Of a stretch of 64,000 bases of DNA, positions 9,606-18,626 are shown in pieces. The notes under the pieces were generated by a model, which had not been told where the DNA came from, ran no database searches, and saw nothing but the letters and a program-made list of their open reading frames with translations. Location of the stretch: positions 4,672,001 through 4,736,000 of the forward strand of contig JBKAGP010000001.1 in the NCBI GenBank assembly GCA_046290465.1, given 5' to 3'. The translations under genes and the position numbers were made by a program. Source of the stretch: Planctomycetota bacterium (GTDB taxonomy: Bacteria; Planctomycetota; UBA1135; UBA2386). Numbering within the stretch: position 1 is the first letter of the stretch; the number at the start of each line of letters is the position of its first letter.

Positions 9606-9771
9606 TGGGCAAAGCCCCGTCCGCACGCGTACACGCCGCCTCCGCGATCACGGTTGGCAGCGCGTCCACTACATGGACGCGCTCCTAGCGGGCAAAGCCC
9701 CGTCCGCACGCGTACACGCCGCTTCCGCGATCACGGTTGGCAGCGCGTCCACTACATGGACGCGCTCCTAG
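9602..9771. repeat. Two tandem 83-bp REP/BIME-like units
   Basis: CTAG at 9602, 9685 and 9768; each unit has a gggc-aaa-gccc hairpin and an agcgcgtcca-ctaca-tggacgcgct palindrome. Confidence 0.92.
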
Positions 9772-10820
9772 CGCCGCGGGAACCGCACCAGCCAGGCCTC
9801 GGGGCCGTCGCGCCGCTCCGACGCGACGAAGACCACGTCGCCGTCGGGCGCGAAGCAGATCGCCTCGCGCTGCGGCAGGATCGGCGTCGTGCCCGCGGGC
9901 AGCGTGCGCGGCGCGCGCTCCGGCAGATCGACCGTGAACGGCACCTGCAGCTGCATCGGGCGCTGCGCGAACGCGTCGCGCCAGCTTGCGTCACCGGCGC
10001 GGGTGTAGACGTAGGCGTGGCGGTTGGTCAGCAGCACGGCCTGGTCGCCGAGCAGGTCGAGTGCGGTCGGGTTGCGGCGCCAGGACGTCTGGTAGAGGTG
10101 TCGCGAGGCCAGGTCGTCGGGCTGTCGATCCCACGGGTCGAGGTCCGGCAGCGCAATCGACGTCCAGTCGGCAGCCGTCGGTGCATGGTGGTCGCGGTCG
10201 AGGTCGAGCACCAGCAGCCGCTTGTCGGCCGCGCGCTTCTCGACCAGCAGGACCTGCCGCCGCACCGCGTCGACCGCGACCGACTCGATATCCCGGATCG
10301 GTTCGCACGGCAGCTCGAACGTGATCGTGCGCAGCACGTCGACCTTCTTCTGCTTGGGCGAGGGCTCGCGCAGCACGTGCAGCTGGCCCACCTGGGCGCC
10401 GTCGTGGCGACGCGCGACCGTCTGCTCGCGGTTGGTGCCGACGTCGGCGATCAGCAAGAACGGCACGCCGCCGTCCTCGAACCAGGCCAGGTCCTCCCAG
10501 TCGAAGCGATCGACTCCGCGCACGTCGACCTTGCGCACCTTGACGCCGTCGTCGCGCACGCGGATCGAGAACAGCTTGGTGGCCGTGTCCGAGATCGCCC
10601 ACAGCGTGTGCTGGTGGGCGCGCGACGCCGCGAGTCCGCTGATCCCGCGCAGCTCGTCGTCGTGCGGCATCAGGTCGGCGACCACCTGCTGCGGCCCGAA
10701 CGGGGCGGCGGCCAACGGGCGGCCGTCGAGCGTGTCGATCAGCCCCGCGCCGGGTGCTCGTCGGCAGGCGGCCGACAGCGAAGCGACGGCCAGCAGAACG
10801 GCGATCGTTCGGCGTGCCAT
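9768..10820 (-). CDS. Hypothetical lipoprotein, probable beta-propeller
   Basis: Lipobox LSAAC; ISGLAAS, LWAISD, DWEDLA, IADVGTN, DIESVAVD, EAICF repeated blade-like motifs. Confidence 0.75.
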   Translation of the reverse strand: MARRTIAVLLAVASLSAACRRAPGAGLIDTLDGRPLAAAPFGPQQVVADLMPHDDELRGISGLAASRAHQHTLWAISDTATKLFSIRVRDDGVKVRKVDVRGVDRFDWEDLAWFEDGGVPFLLIADVGTNREQTVARRHDGAQVGQLHVLREPSPKQKKVDVLRTITFELPCEPIRDIESVAVDAVRRQVLLVEKRAADKRLLVLDLDRDHHAPTAADWTSIALPDLDPWDRQPDDLASRHLYQTSWRRNPTALDLLGDQAVLLTNRHAYVYTRAGDASWRDAFAQRPMQLQVPFTVDLPERAPRTLPAGTTPILPQREAICFAPDGDVVFVASERRDGPEAWLVRFPRR

Positions 10821-10824
10821 CGGG

Positions 10825-11034
10825 CTAGTCGCAGCCCGGTTCCTCGTGCAGCAGCGCGAGGTCGTTGCACGCGTTCCACAGCAGCACCATCGCCTGCTTG
10901 ACGTTGGCGGTGGCGACCGGCGGCAGGTCGTCGCGGGCGCTGAGCGTCTTGAGGCGCGCGTAGAGCCCGACGAGCTCCTTCTCGTCGGCCGTCATCTCGT
11001 TGCCGAGCAGGTCCTTGGTCGGTTCGTTCATCAC
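10825..11034 (-). CDS. Small hypothetical protein
   Basis: 69 aa, AGGA RBS, high GC3, tightly packed downstream of the CoA ligase. Confidence 0.7.
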   Translation of the reverse strand: MMNEPTKDLLGNEMTADEKELVGLYARLKTLSARDDLPPVATANVKQAMVLLWNACNDLALLHEEPGCD

Positions 11035-11054
11035 GGTTTCCTGGTAGCGGTCGC

Positions 11055-12398
11055 TCAGTATTGGGGGCGGAGGTCCTGCAGGCGCTTGGCCTTCAGCTCG
11101 AAGCGCGGCAGCTCGCCGTCGTTGGCCAGTTCGACGTTGAAGCGAAGGCCCTCGTGCGCGTCGGCGAGGTCCTTGCCGAGCTGGGCCTGCAGCTTGGGCC
11201 AGGTGTCCTTGCGGTCGGGCTTGAGCTCGACCTTGACGGTGATCTCGTCCTGCACGTCGTCGCGGCGCGAGATGATGATCTGGAACTCCTCGACCTCGCC
11301 GTGCTCGCGAACGACCGCCTCGACCGCGCGCGGGTAGACGTTGGTGCCGCGGATCAGCTTCATGTCGTCGACCCGGCCGAGGATGCCGCCCTCGTAGATG
11401 TCGCCGGTGCGCCCGCAGTCGCAGGTCGTGTGCGGCACCTTGCAGACGAGGTCCTTGGTCTTGTAGCGGAGCAGCGGGATGAAGCCGCGACCGAACGACG
11501 TCACGACGCGTTCGCCGCGTTCGCCGTAGCCGACCGGCTCACCGCTGTCGGGGTCGAGCACCTCCTCGATGAAGTGGTCCTCGATGATGTGCGGGCCGCC
11601 GGGCTGGTGGTCGCACTCGAAGATCATGATCGTGCCGATCTCGGTCATGCCGGCGGTGTCGCCGCACTTGCCGCCCCACATGTCCTCGATCATCTGCTTG
11701 ACCGCCGGGATCGAACCGGCCGGTTCGCCCGAGACGACGACGCGGCGCACCTTGCCGTCCTTCTTGAGGTCGATGCCCATCTTCTCGGCGGCCTGGCCCA
11801 TGCGCAGCGCATAGGTCGGCGTCGCGCACACGACCGTGACGCCCAGCTCGACGATCTGCTTGACGCGCTGCTCGGTGGTCATGTTGCCGGACGCGAGCGT
11901 CAGCGTGCCCATCTTCTCGCAGCAGTAGTGCGCGCCCCAGAAGCCGATGAAGGAGCCGTAGCTGAACGCGAAGAACACCTTGTCCGTCGGTCGGATGCCG
12001 AAGCCCCAAAAGCCGTAGCACCACATGTCGGCGATCCACGACCAGTCCTTGCGCCCGTCGAGCACGCGCAGCGGCTGGCGGCCGGACGTTCCGGACGTGA
12101 GGTGGTAGCGGATCGCTTCGTGCTCGGGTCGCGTGATCATGTCGCCGAACAGCGGCTGTTGCGCCTGGCACTCCATCCAGTCCTCGCGCGTCATGAACGG
12201 CAACCGCCGGATGTCGTCGAGCGTGCGGATCTGCGCCGGCGTGACGCCGGCCTGCTCGTAGAGGCGGCGGTGGAACGGCGACGTGTACCAGGCGCGATCG
12301 ACCAGCCGTTGCAGCTTGGTCAGCTGCAGGGCGCGCAGCTGTTCCTTCGGCAGGGTCTCGGTCTTGGGGTTCCAGAACGGCGATTCACTGACGGGCAC
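11055..12398 (-). CDS. Phenylacetate-CoA ligase family (PaaK-like) protein
   Basis: TSGTSG P-loop, ATPTYAL, SGEP, GMTE, LLRYKTKD, GRVDDM..IRGTNVYP; GTG start with GGGAGG RBS. Confidence 0.9.
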   Translation of the reverse strand: MPVSESPFWNPKTETLPKEQLRALQLTKLQRLVDRAWYTSPFHRRLYEQAGVTPAQIRTLDDIRRLPFMTREDWMECQAQQPLFGDMITRPEHEAIRYHLTSGTSGRQPLRVLDGRKDWSWIADMWCYGFWGFGIRPTDKVFFAFSYGSFIGFWGAHYCCEKMGTLTLASGNMTTEQRVKQIVELGVTVVCATPTYALRMGQAAEKMGIDLKKDGKVRRVVVSGEPAGSIPAVKQMIEDMWGGKCGDTAGMTEIGTIMIFECDHQPGGPHIIEDHFIEEVLDPDSGEPVGYGERGERVVTSFGRGFIPLLRYKTKDLVCKVPHTTCDCGRTGDIYEGGILGRVDDMKLIRGTNVYPRAVEAVVREHGEVEEFQIIISRRDDVQDEITVKVELKPDRKDTWPKLQAQLGKDLADAHEGLRFNVELANDGELPRFELKAKRLQDLRPQY

Positions 12399-12815
12399 GG
12401 AGAGCCTCCCTGGGGTTCGAGTGGGGGCGGCAGCGTAGGTGCAGGAACGCGCGGGTGCGAGCTTCGAGCGGATGGCGAACCGGCGCCGCGGCAGGCCGCG
12501 CGGTTGGTTTCGCAGGATGCTCGACCAGGCGAGTCGCACTCGTCGAGGTGGGTCGAAGTGCCGAGCGAGCGGAGAGTTGGAATATCGGACGGCGAACCCC
12601 GTCTGAGCGGGGCTGGCAGCCATCCCGACGCCTTGGAGGGTTGGCGGAGAGTTGGCGTCATGGCGCCAATACGCAGAACGCCAATCGACCGGGCGATCCG
12701 CTCGTCGAGCGCGACGCATCCGGACCTCGAAGCGGGGGCGTGACCGCTGCGGATTTCGCATGGATTCGTCGTCCCCCTTCTTGTCACGCGCGGCGTCACG
12801 CCGCAGGATTTGTCG

Positions 12816-13037
12816 ATGGAAGAAAGCGATCTACCGCGTTCGATGTTCGATGTGCCCGGTAGGCGCCCGGCCCGGTCGGATGATCGCGCGCGGCCTGGTG
12901 AGCCTTCGTCGCAACGGCTCGGCGATCTCTGGATCGAGTCGCGCCCGCAGCCCAACGTCAGCGATCTGGGCAGGGCCTTCTTCACGATCGATGACCATGG
13001 CACGGTCGTGCCGACCCGTCGCCGTGATCGCGACTGA
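12816..13037 (+). CDS. Possible small hypothetical protein
   Basis: AGGA upstream of ATG; second half has GC-rich third positions; fills an otherwise empty gap; convergent with SIR2 gene. Confidence 0.35.
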   Translation: MEESDLPRSMFDVPGRRPARSDDRARPGEPSSQRLGDLWIESRPQPNVSDLGRAFFTIDDHGTVVPTRRRDRD

Positions 13038-13093
13038 ACGACGTTGCCTGCGGCGGGCGCTCACGCCGAGCTGACCGGCGGTGGTAGGCGGCG

Positions 13094-14122
13094 TCAGCCG
13101 TGGTTGCTCGCCGCGCGCCCGCTCCGGAATCCGGGGTGGTTGCGAAGCGCGAAGTCGAGCCGCCCCCACTGGCAGTTCCGCGTCAGGGAGTGCAACACCG
13201 CGACCTGGTCCTGGAAGTCCCTTCGATGCGACCAATAGGTGTGCGTCACCCCGAGGTCCTCAAGGCGATCACACATCTCGCGTTGATTGGGAACGGCGCC
13301 GGGAGCGACCGAGGGCAGCATGGCCAGGTGCCCACCGCTGACGCGTCGGACCTGCGCAGCCAGTCGCAGCAGCTTGCGTACCGACGGGTCGGTGAAGCCG
13401 AATCCGTAGAACAGGCAGCGGTGCTGTGAGAACGTCGCGACCTGGAGCGAGTTCTGCCAGATGTCGGCGATCCCACCGCGAACCTCGTAGTCCTCGGCGG
13501 ACATCGTCAACGGTTGCTTGCGCAGGTCCTCCTCGAACTCGTCCGCCAACTGGCTCGCATCGACCGGAACCAGCCCGTGTGGGTGCAGGATGCGCACCTT
13601 CGGGAGGTCTCGAGCCGGGCGCTGTTCGGGTTCGAACACGACCTCGCGGTATGGCGCGGTCTCGCCGAGCACCGGTACCAGCGCGATCGCCTGGAAGCCC
13701 AGGCGTGCGATCGACAGTTCGAGCAGGCAGTCGACGTTGTAGGTGATCACGTGCGCCTGGCTGCGGGGCGCGCGCCACGCGATCTCGGCCGAGATCGCGG
13801 CCAGGTGCCGCACCGCGAAGAACGGCCAGGTGGTATCGGAGAGCACGAAGTTGTCTCCGTAGAGCGCGTCTCGGAGCGCCCGCCGGTAGCTCGCTTCGGA
13901 GCCGTTGCCGCGAACGCACTCGATGGCCCAGCTGGGCTCGACGTTGCAGCGTTGCAGCGAATCGCTGCCGCGAATGGCCTGCGCCAGATACGCAGCCAAC
14001 GTGTTCCAGTCGGGCAGCTGCGCATCCATGCTGGCGCCGGCACCGATGGCCAGGCGCAGGTCTCCCTCGTTGATCGCGGCGTCGCCGATCGACGCGAGTT
14101 CGCTGGCGGCGACTTCGCTCAT
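13094..14122 (-). CDS. SIR2-family (SIR2_2-like) protein, putative NADase
   Basis: IGAGAS..AQLPDW, VITYNVDCLLE, ILHPHG, LTMSAEDY, CLFYGFGFTDPSV motifs. Confidence 0.88.
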   Translation of the reverse strand: MSEVAASELASIGDAAINEGDLRLAIGAGASMDAQLPDWNTLAAYLAQAIRGSDSLQRCNVEPSWAIECVRGNGSEASYRRALRDALYGDNFVLSDTTWPFFAVRHLAAISAEIAWRAPRSQAHVITYNVDCLLELSIARLGFQAIALVPVLGETAPYREVVFEPEQRPARDLPKVRILHPHGLVPVDASQLADEFEEDLRKQPLTMSAEDYEVRGGIADIWQNSLQVATFSQHRCLFYGFGFTDPSVRKLLRLAAQVRRVSGGHLAMLPSVAPGAVPNQREMCDRLEDLGVTHTYWSHRRDFQDQVAVLHSLTRNCQWGRLDFALRNHPGFRSGRAASNHG

Positions 14123-17100
14123 AGCTCTGCCTCACCCTCCTGTCCCCGCGAACGGGGTTCCGGTGCCGTTCCGTGACGGGTACTCGTCTGCTGACTTGCG
14201 GCAGCGATGTTCTCGTCCGCCTGCGTCCGGTCCCCGAGCCGGGCGCTCGCTTGGATCGACGCGTTGCCGATGGCTCTGCGGATGCTCGGCTGCAGGGCGA
14301 TCATCGAGCCATAGAACGACGCGACATGACGGGCCCATTGCGCGGTGGTCGCGTCGGACACGAAGAACAGCCGACCTCTCTGGCACACGACGGCTTCGGA
14401 CGGATCGAGTGGCGGGCTGTGCGCATCGGCCATGCGCGCGGGCGGCAGGCGAAGTCGATCGTAGTCGGCGAATCTCGCGTCGTTCTCGCGCACCGGCTCG
14501 CGGATCCGTTCGTCCTCGTCGAGGTAGCCGCTGGTCACGGTCACGTTGTGGGTGTTGTTGAGCAGGAAGTCGCGGATGTCGCGCAGCCTTGCCCTCGCCG
14601 TAGCCCAGTGGCTGCGGGCCAGCGCCGCCGGCTTGCTGACCTTGACGGTTCCGGCCAGTCGCTCCTGCACGTATCGACGGCTGTCGCGGAAGAAGCTGGC
14701 GGCCATTCGCAGCACCCTCGGCGAACGAAGCCAGCCACACGCCTCGATCTGGTCGCCGACGAACTTGTCCCACGCGTTCTTCTCGAACAGATCGTGTAGC
14801 TGGCCGCGGCCGCCTGGATGCACGAGGCACTCCTTGTAGAGGCGCTCCCGCAGCAGCATGGCGCTGGCGCGCAGACGGTCCCGGATCCGGACCCAGCGGT
14901 CGAACTCCTCCCGATCATTGAGGTCTCCGTCGGCGTTGGGCTCGTCGGCCGACGCCGCGAGATCGCGGCAGAACTCGCCGAACAAGATGCGCATCACCAG
15001 GGTCAGAACGGTCTCCTGCTCGTAGGTCGTCCGTGCCGCGCCGCGGTCGTTCGCCTCCGAGTCGAGGCTCGAGGCGCGGATCTGGCAGGCGTCGTTCCTC
15101 AGCAGGCCCTGCAGCAACAGGGAGCGTGCCAGGGTCGCCGTGTCGACCTCGAGCAGCAGGCTGGCCAGGTAGAAGTTGGCTCCCAGCAGCAGCCGCTTCG
15201 AGTCCGTCGCGTCCGAGCACTCACGCAGATCGTGGTAGGCCTCGGCGAGCTGTCGCAGGTCCACGCTGCCTCCAGGGTCGTTGCCCTCGGGGTTGGGCCG
15301 GCCCTGCACGTCGAACTCGTTGAGGACCTCGAGGAACATCGTGGCGACGTGTGAGGCGAGTTCGTCGAAGAACAGGGGCTGCTCGACGATCGCGATGGGG
15401 ACGCGCAGCAGCACGACGTCGACCTGCAGGCTCGCCTGGCTCACGGGCTCCCCTACGGTGGCGATGCATGCCCGAGGCGGATCCAGCAGCGTGCCGACCA
15501 TCGTCCATCCAACCAGTGTGGCGATGCTGCGGATCTGCTCGAGGTTGCCTGGACGGCGCAGGTTCAGGTCCGCGTTCGAATCGATGGGGGCGACGCTCCA
15601 ATGCGGTGCCGACAGCACGGTCCGGACCGCGGCGAGGGTCTCGCCGATGTCCTGACTCAGGTGGCGCAGCCTCTGCTCGACGGCCTTTCGCCGGGTGGAG
15701 GCCGGGTTCTCGTGAAGGTCGCGCAGCCTGGCCGCCAGGCGACGCAGGTAGTCGACCAGCGACGAAACGACCGGTCGCAGCTCCACCGTGCCCTCCCACA
15801 GCCACATCGAGTCCCAGGTCCAGCGGAGCACGGAGACCGTGTTGATGACCTGTTCCGTGTCTTCGTACGTGACCTGCAGCACGCGCAGCAGGTTGCGCAT
15901 CTCGGCAGGGCCGTTGGGTGCCAGCTGGTTCCAGTTGGAGCCGAACAGGTGGCGGCGCGGATCCTCGTCGACGTGGTCCTTGGGCACGTCGTCGCAATCG
16001 CTCGACGCACTGGTCGAGATCGACGATGCCGACGCGAAGAAGTCCTGGCGCCCGCGTCCGTCCGATCGCGTTGCACCCCGGAACAGTCGCGTCCTGAGCA
16101 TCGTGGTCAGGGCTGCAGCCGCAATCGCATCGACGTGGTTGCCGTCTGCGTCGTCGGACTTCTTGCCGATCGGGTGGATGTCGAACGCGGGTGACGACGT
16201 GTCGTAGCCGCCGACGTTGAAGCTGGTGTTGCGTTCGGCCTGCTCGTGTTCGTCGAAGAACTGCAGGAACGGCTTCTCGTGGCCCGGGTTGATACAGAAG
16301 TGCGTTCGGCACGTCACGCGCGGGCCCTTGGGCTTGCTGCTGCGTCGCCCGGCGCGATGTGACTGACGCGAGAGATCTTCCGAGACGCGGTTCGCCGATT
16401 CCTGCAACTGCTCGAGTGTGGCATCGGGGCGCAGCCCCGCGGCCGCAGCGGCAGCTGCACTCTCGATTGCGTAGTCGAACCCCAGCGTCGAGGAGGTGAC
16501 GAGTGCGGTATGAGCGCTTGCCTGCTTGCCGACGGGCACCTGCGACCTGCGTACGCGCAGGATGAGGTCGAGCAGAGGGTGCAGATCGCTGGCGTGGGCG
16601 ACGAGCACCACTTCGTGCCACGAGAGCGACAGGCCGAGCGCGGCACGCGTCTGGTCCGACTTCCGTCGCCCGGGTTGCTCGTTGCGCCAGGCCTGCACCG
16701 TTTGCGCGATCGAACGCACGGCTTCGTGGGTTCGGCTGTTCTGGTTCTTGCTCCAGGTCGAGTAGGGGGAGAGCTTGATCTGGACGATCGCGAGGAAGCG
16801 GTCGCCTGCGTCCTTCGGCTGCTCATGGCTGGAGGCCTTGCCCACCGATTGCAGGTAGTGCGCGTTGCAGTCCTCGTCACCGGTGCCGAGCTTGGGCAGG
16901 AACAGCGAGAACTCGCTCTGCCGGACCTCCAGTTCTGGCGCTGCCGGCAGTGGTGTCAGGCTCGGGCTGAGGTAGACCGCGGCCAGATCGTACGAACCCC
17001 AGAGGCTGTACAGGGATGGCACGTAGGTCGGGGTCGACGCGGTGCTCGCACGTTGGTCGATACCCGTTGCCGATAGCTTGTCCAGAGTGGGTTCGTCGAT

Positions 17101-17286
17101 GCCGAGTCGCAGAGCGAGGTCACGCTTGCGCCGGATCGGGACCTCTTGGATACGTTTGAAAACGGCTTCGGCGGTCTTGTCGTAGTCCGCCGCCGCGTCT
17201 CCGTTCGTAAGGCGTCGCAGGGACGGCTGCAGCAGCCGTGCGTGCAAGAAGCTGTCGTGATACTCGAACGCATTGCGTCGCGACAT
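14119..17286 (-). CDS. Large hypothetical protein (~1055 aa) with apparent tandem Lrp/AsnC(RAM)-like repeats
   Basis: Long uninterrupted ORF with protein-like composition, GGAGG RBS, ATGA overlap with the SIR2 gene; GSYD/GGYD repeats. Confidence 0.75.
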   Translation of the reverse strand: MSRRNAFEYHDSFLHARLLQPSLRRLTNGDAAADYDKTAEAVFKRIQEVPIRRKRDLALRLGIDEPTLDKLSATGIDQRASTASTPTYVPSLYSLWGSYDLAAVYLSPSLTPLPAAPELEVRQSEFSLFLPKLGTGDEDCNAHYLQSVGKASSHEQPKDAGDRFLAIVQIKLSPYSTWSKNQNSRTHEAVRSIAQTVQAWRNEQPGRRKSDQTRAALGLSLSWHEVVLVAHASDLHPLLDLILRVRRSQVPVGKQASAHTALVTSSTLGFDYAIESAAAAAAAGLRPDATLEQLQESANRVSEDLSRQSHRAGRRSSKPKGPRVTCRTHFCINPGHEKPFLQFFDEHEQAERNTSFNVGGYDTSSPAFDIHPIGKKSDDADGNHVDAIAAAALTTMLRTRLFRGATRSDGRGRQDFFASASSISTSASSDCDDVPKDHVDEDPRRHLFGSNWNQLAPNGPAEMRNLLRVLQVTYEDTEQVINTVSVLRWTWDSMWLWEGTVELRPVVSSLVDYLRRLAARLRDLHENPASTRRKAVEQRLRHLSQDIGETLAAVRTVLSAPHWSVAPIDSNADLNLRRPGNLEQIRSIATLVGWTMVGTLLDPPRACIATVGEPVSQASLQVDVVLLRVPIAIVEQPLFFDELASHVATMFLEVLNEFDVQGRPNPEGNDPGGSVDLRQLAEAYHDLRECSDATDSKRLLLGANFYLASLLLEVDTATLARSLLLQGLLRNDACQIRASSLDSEANDRGAARTTYEQETVLTLVMRILFGEFCRDLAASADEPNADGDLNDREEFDRWVRIRDRLRASAMLLRERLYKECLVHPGGRGQLHDLFEKNAWDKFVGDQIEACGWLRSPRVLRMAASFFRDSRRYVQERLAGTVKVSKPAALARSHWATARARLRDIRDFLLNNTHNVTVTSGYLDEDERIREPVRENDARFADYDRLRLPPARMADAHSPPLDPSEAVVCQRGRLFFVSDATTAQWARHVASFYGSMIALQPSIRRAIGNASIQASARLGDRTQADENIAAASQQTSTRHGTAPEPRSRGQEGEAEL

Positions 17287-17495
17287 GTGGACTCGATCCT
17301 CCACGGCCACTGTCGTCGCAGGTCGTGTCGGATGCAAGTTGCGGGCATCTGCTCGTACGAAACCGTTGGGTATGGACCCATGCGCCGTACATCCACATGT
17401 GTGTCAGCCGCACGCCTGCAAGCGTCCGCCCAGGCACCGCCCGACGGCCATGGCCGCGCGCCACGATCGCCGTAACCCGTTCCGGGTGCGGACCC

Positions 17496-18587
17496 TCAGA
17501 AGCCGAAGCCGGTCGTGCGCAGCCGCATCCGCAGCAGGTAGCTGTCGGCGGTGACGAACAGCGTCGCGCCGTCCTCGCCGAACGCACAGTTGCTGGTCGC
17601 CTCGCCAGTGCGCAGCGTGCCGAGGTGGCGGCCGTCGGGCGTGATCACCAGCACCCCGCCGGGACCGGTCGCGAACAGCACGCCGTTGCGGTCGACCTTC
17701 AAGCCGTCCGGCAGACCCTTCTCGCGGCCGACCATCGACGTCGCGTCGAACAGCACGCGACCTTCGCCGAGCGTGCCGTCGGCCGCCACCGGGAACGCCA
17801 TCCAGATCGCGCGCTTCGGATCCGAGTTGGCGACGTACAGCGTGCGCTGGTCCGGCGAGAACGCGATCCCGTTGGGGCGCGACATCGCCTTCGTCAGCAG
17901 CGTCACCGTGCCGTCCCTGGCGCAGCGGTAGACCCCCTGGAACGGCAGGTCCTTGCTCGGATCCTCCATCTTGCGGGTCAGGCCGTATGGCGGGTCGGTG
18001 AAGTACAGGTCGCCATTGCGATGGAGCGTCGCGTCGTTGGGGCTGTTGAAGCGCTTGCCGTCGAACCGCTCCGCGATCGGCGCGTAGCTCGCCTTCGGCG
18101 CGTCGAGCGGCGCGCGCATGCGGCCGACCTGGCGTTCGCCGTGCTGGCACAGCACCAGACGTCCCTCGGGATCGAGCAGCAGGCCGTTGGAGCCGGGTTC
18201 GTCCGGCGCGATGTGTCGCGGCCGCGGCGTCGGGCCGAGGTAGCCGCTCTTGTCGAGGTAGACGCTGGTGCCTTCGCCGGCCTGCCATCGGATCACGCGG
18301 TTCGGCGGGATGTCCGAGAACAACACGTAGCCGCCGTCCTGCGGGATCCACAGCGGCCCCTCCGCCCATTCGAAGCCCTCGGCGAGCACGTCGAAGCGCG
18401 CGTCTTTCGCGACCAGGGCGTCGAGCTCTGGCGACAGCCGCTCGACCTCGCCGAGCGGGCGGAGCACGTCGCTGGTCGCGCAGGCGGCCAGCAGCGACAT
18501 GAGGGCCAGCAGCGGCATGAGGGGCAGCAGCGGCACGGGGGTCGGCTGGGACAGCGGAGAGTGGGCGGCGAGGCGTGGTGTGGGCAC
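17496..18587 (-). CDS. SMP-30/gluconolactonase/LRE family lipoprotein
   Basis: AEGPLW, FSDIP, GSNGL, FNSPND, YFTDPPYG, PNGIAFSPD, PDGLKVD. Confidence 0.92.
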   Translation of the reverse strand: MPTPRLAAHSPLSQPTPVPLLPLMPLLALMSLLAACATSDVLRPLGEVERLSPELDALVAKDARFDVLAEGFEWAEGPLWIPQDGGYVLFSDIPPNRVIRWQAGEGTSVYLDKSGYLGPTPRPRHIAPDEPGSNGLLLDPEGRLVLCQHGERQVGRMRAPLDAPKASYAPIAERFDGKRFNSPNDATLHRNGDLYFTDPPYGLTRKMEDPSKDLPFQGVYRCARDGTVTLLTKAMSRPNGIAFSPDQRTLYVANSDPKRAIWMAFPVAADGTLGEGRVLFDATSMVGREKGLPDGLKVDRNGVLFATGPGGVLVITPDGRHLGTLRTGEATSNCAFGEDGATLFVTADSYLLRMRLRTTGFGF

Positions 18588-18626
18588 GCCGCCATTCGAT
18601 CCGGGTCGTTGCGCGGTTGCCAGACG

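Noticed and set aside
9602..9771. CRISPR array
   Set aside because: Units are near-identical over all 83 bp with no unique spacers, and there are no cas genes
9654..10901. ORFs containing the recurring peptide RVHYMDALL (also near 28200 and 53460)
   Set aside because: These are translations of the DNA repeat on shadow frames, not a protein family
13094..14122. Housekeeping CobB deacylase, or known Thoeris/SPARSA/Sir2-HerA/DSR
   Set aside because: Lacks the CobB Zn-ribbon and GIPxFR motif; no TIR, pAgo or HerA partner visible; too short for DSR
12400..17495. Prophage or integrative element boundaries around the SIR2 island
   Set aside because: No integrase, tRNA or flanking direct repeats found by eye
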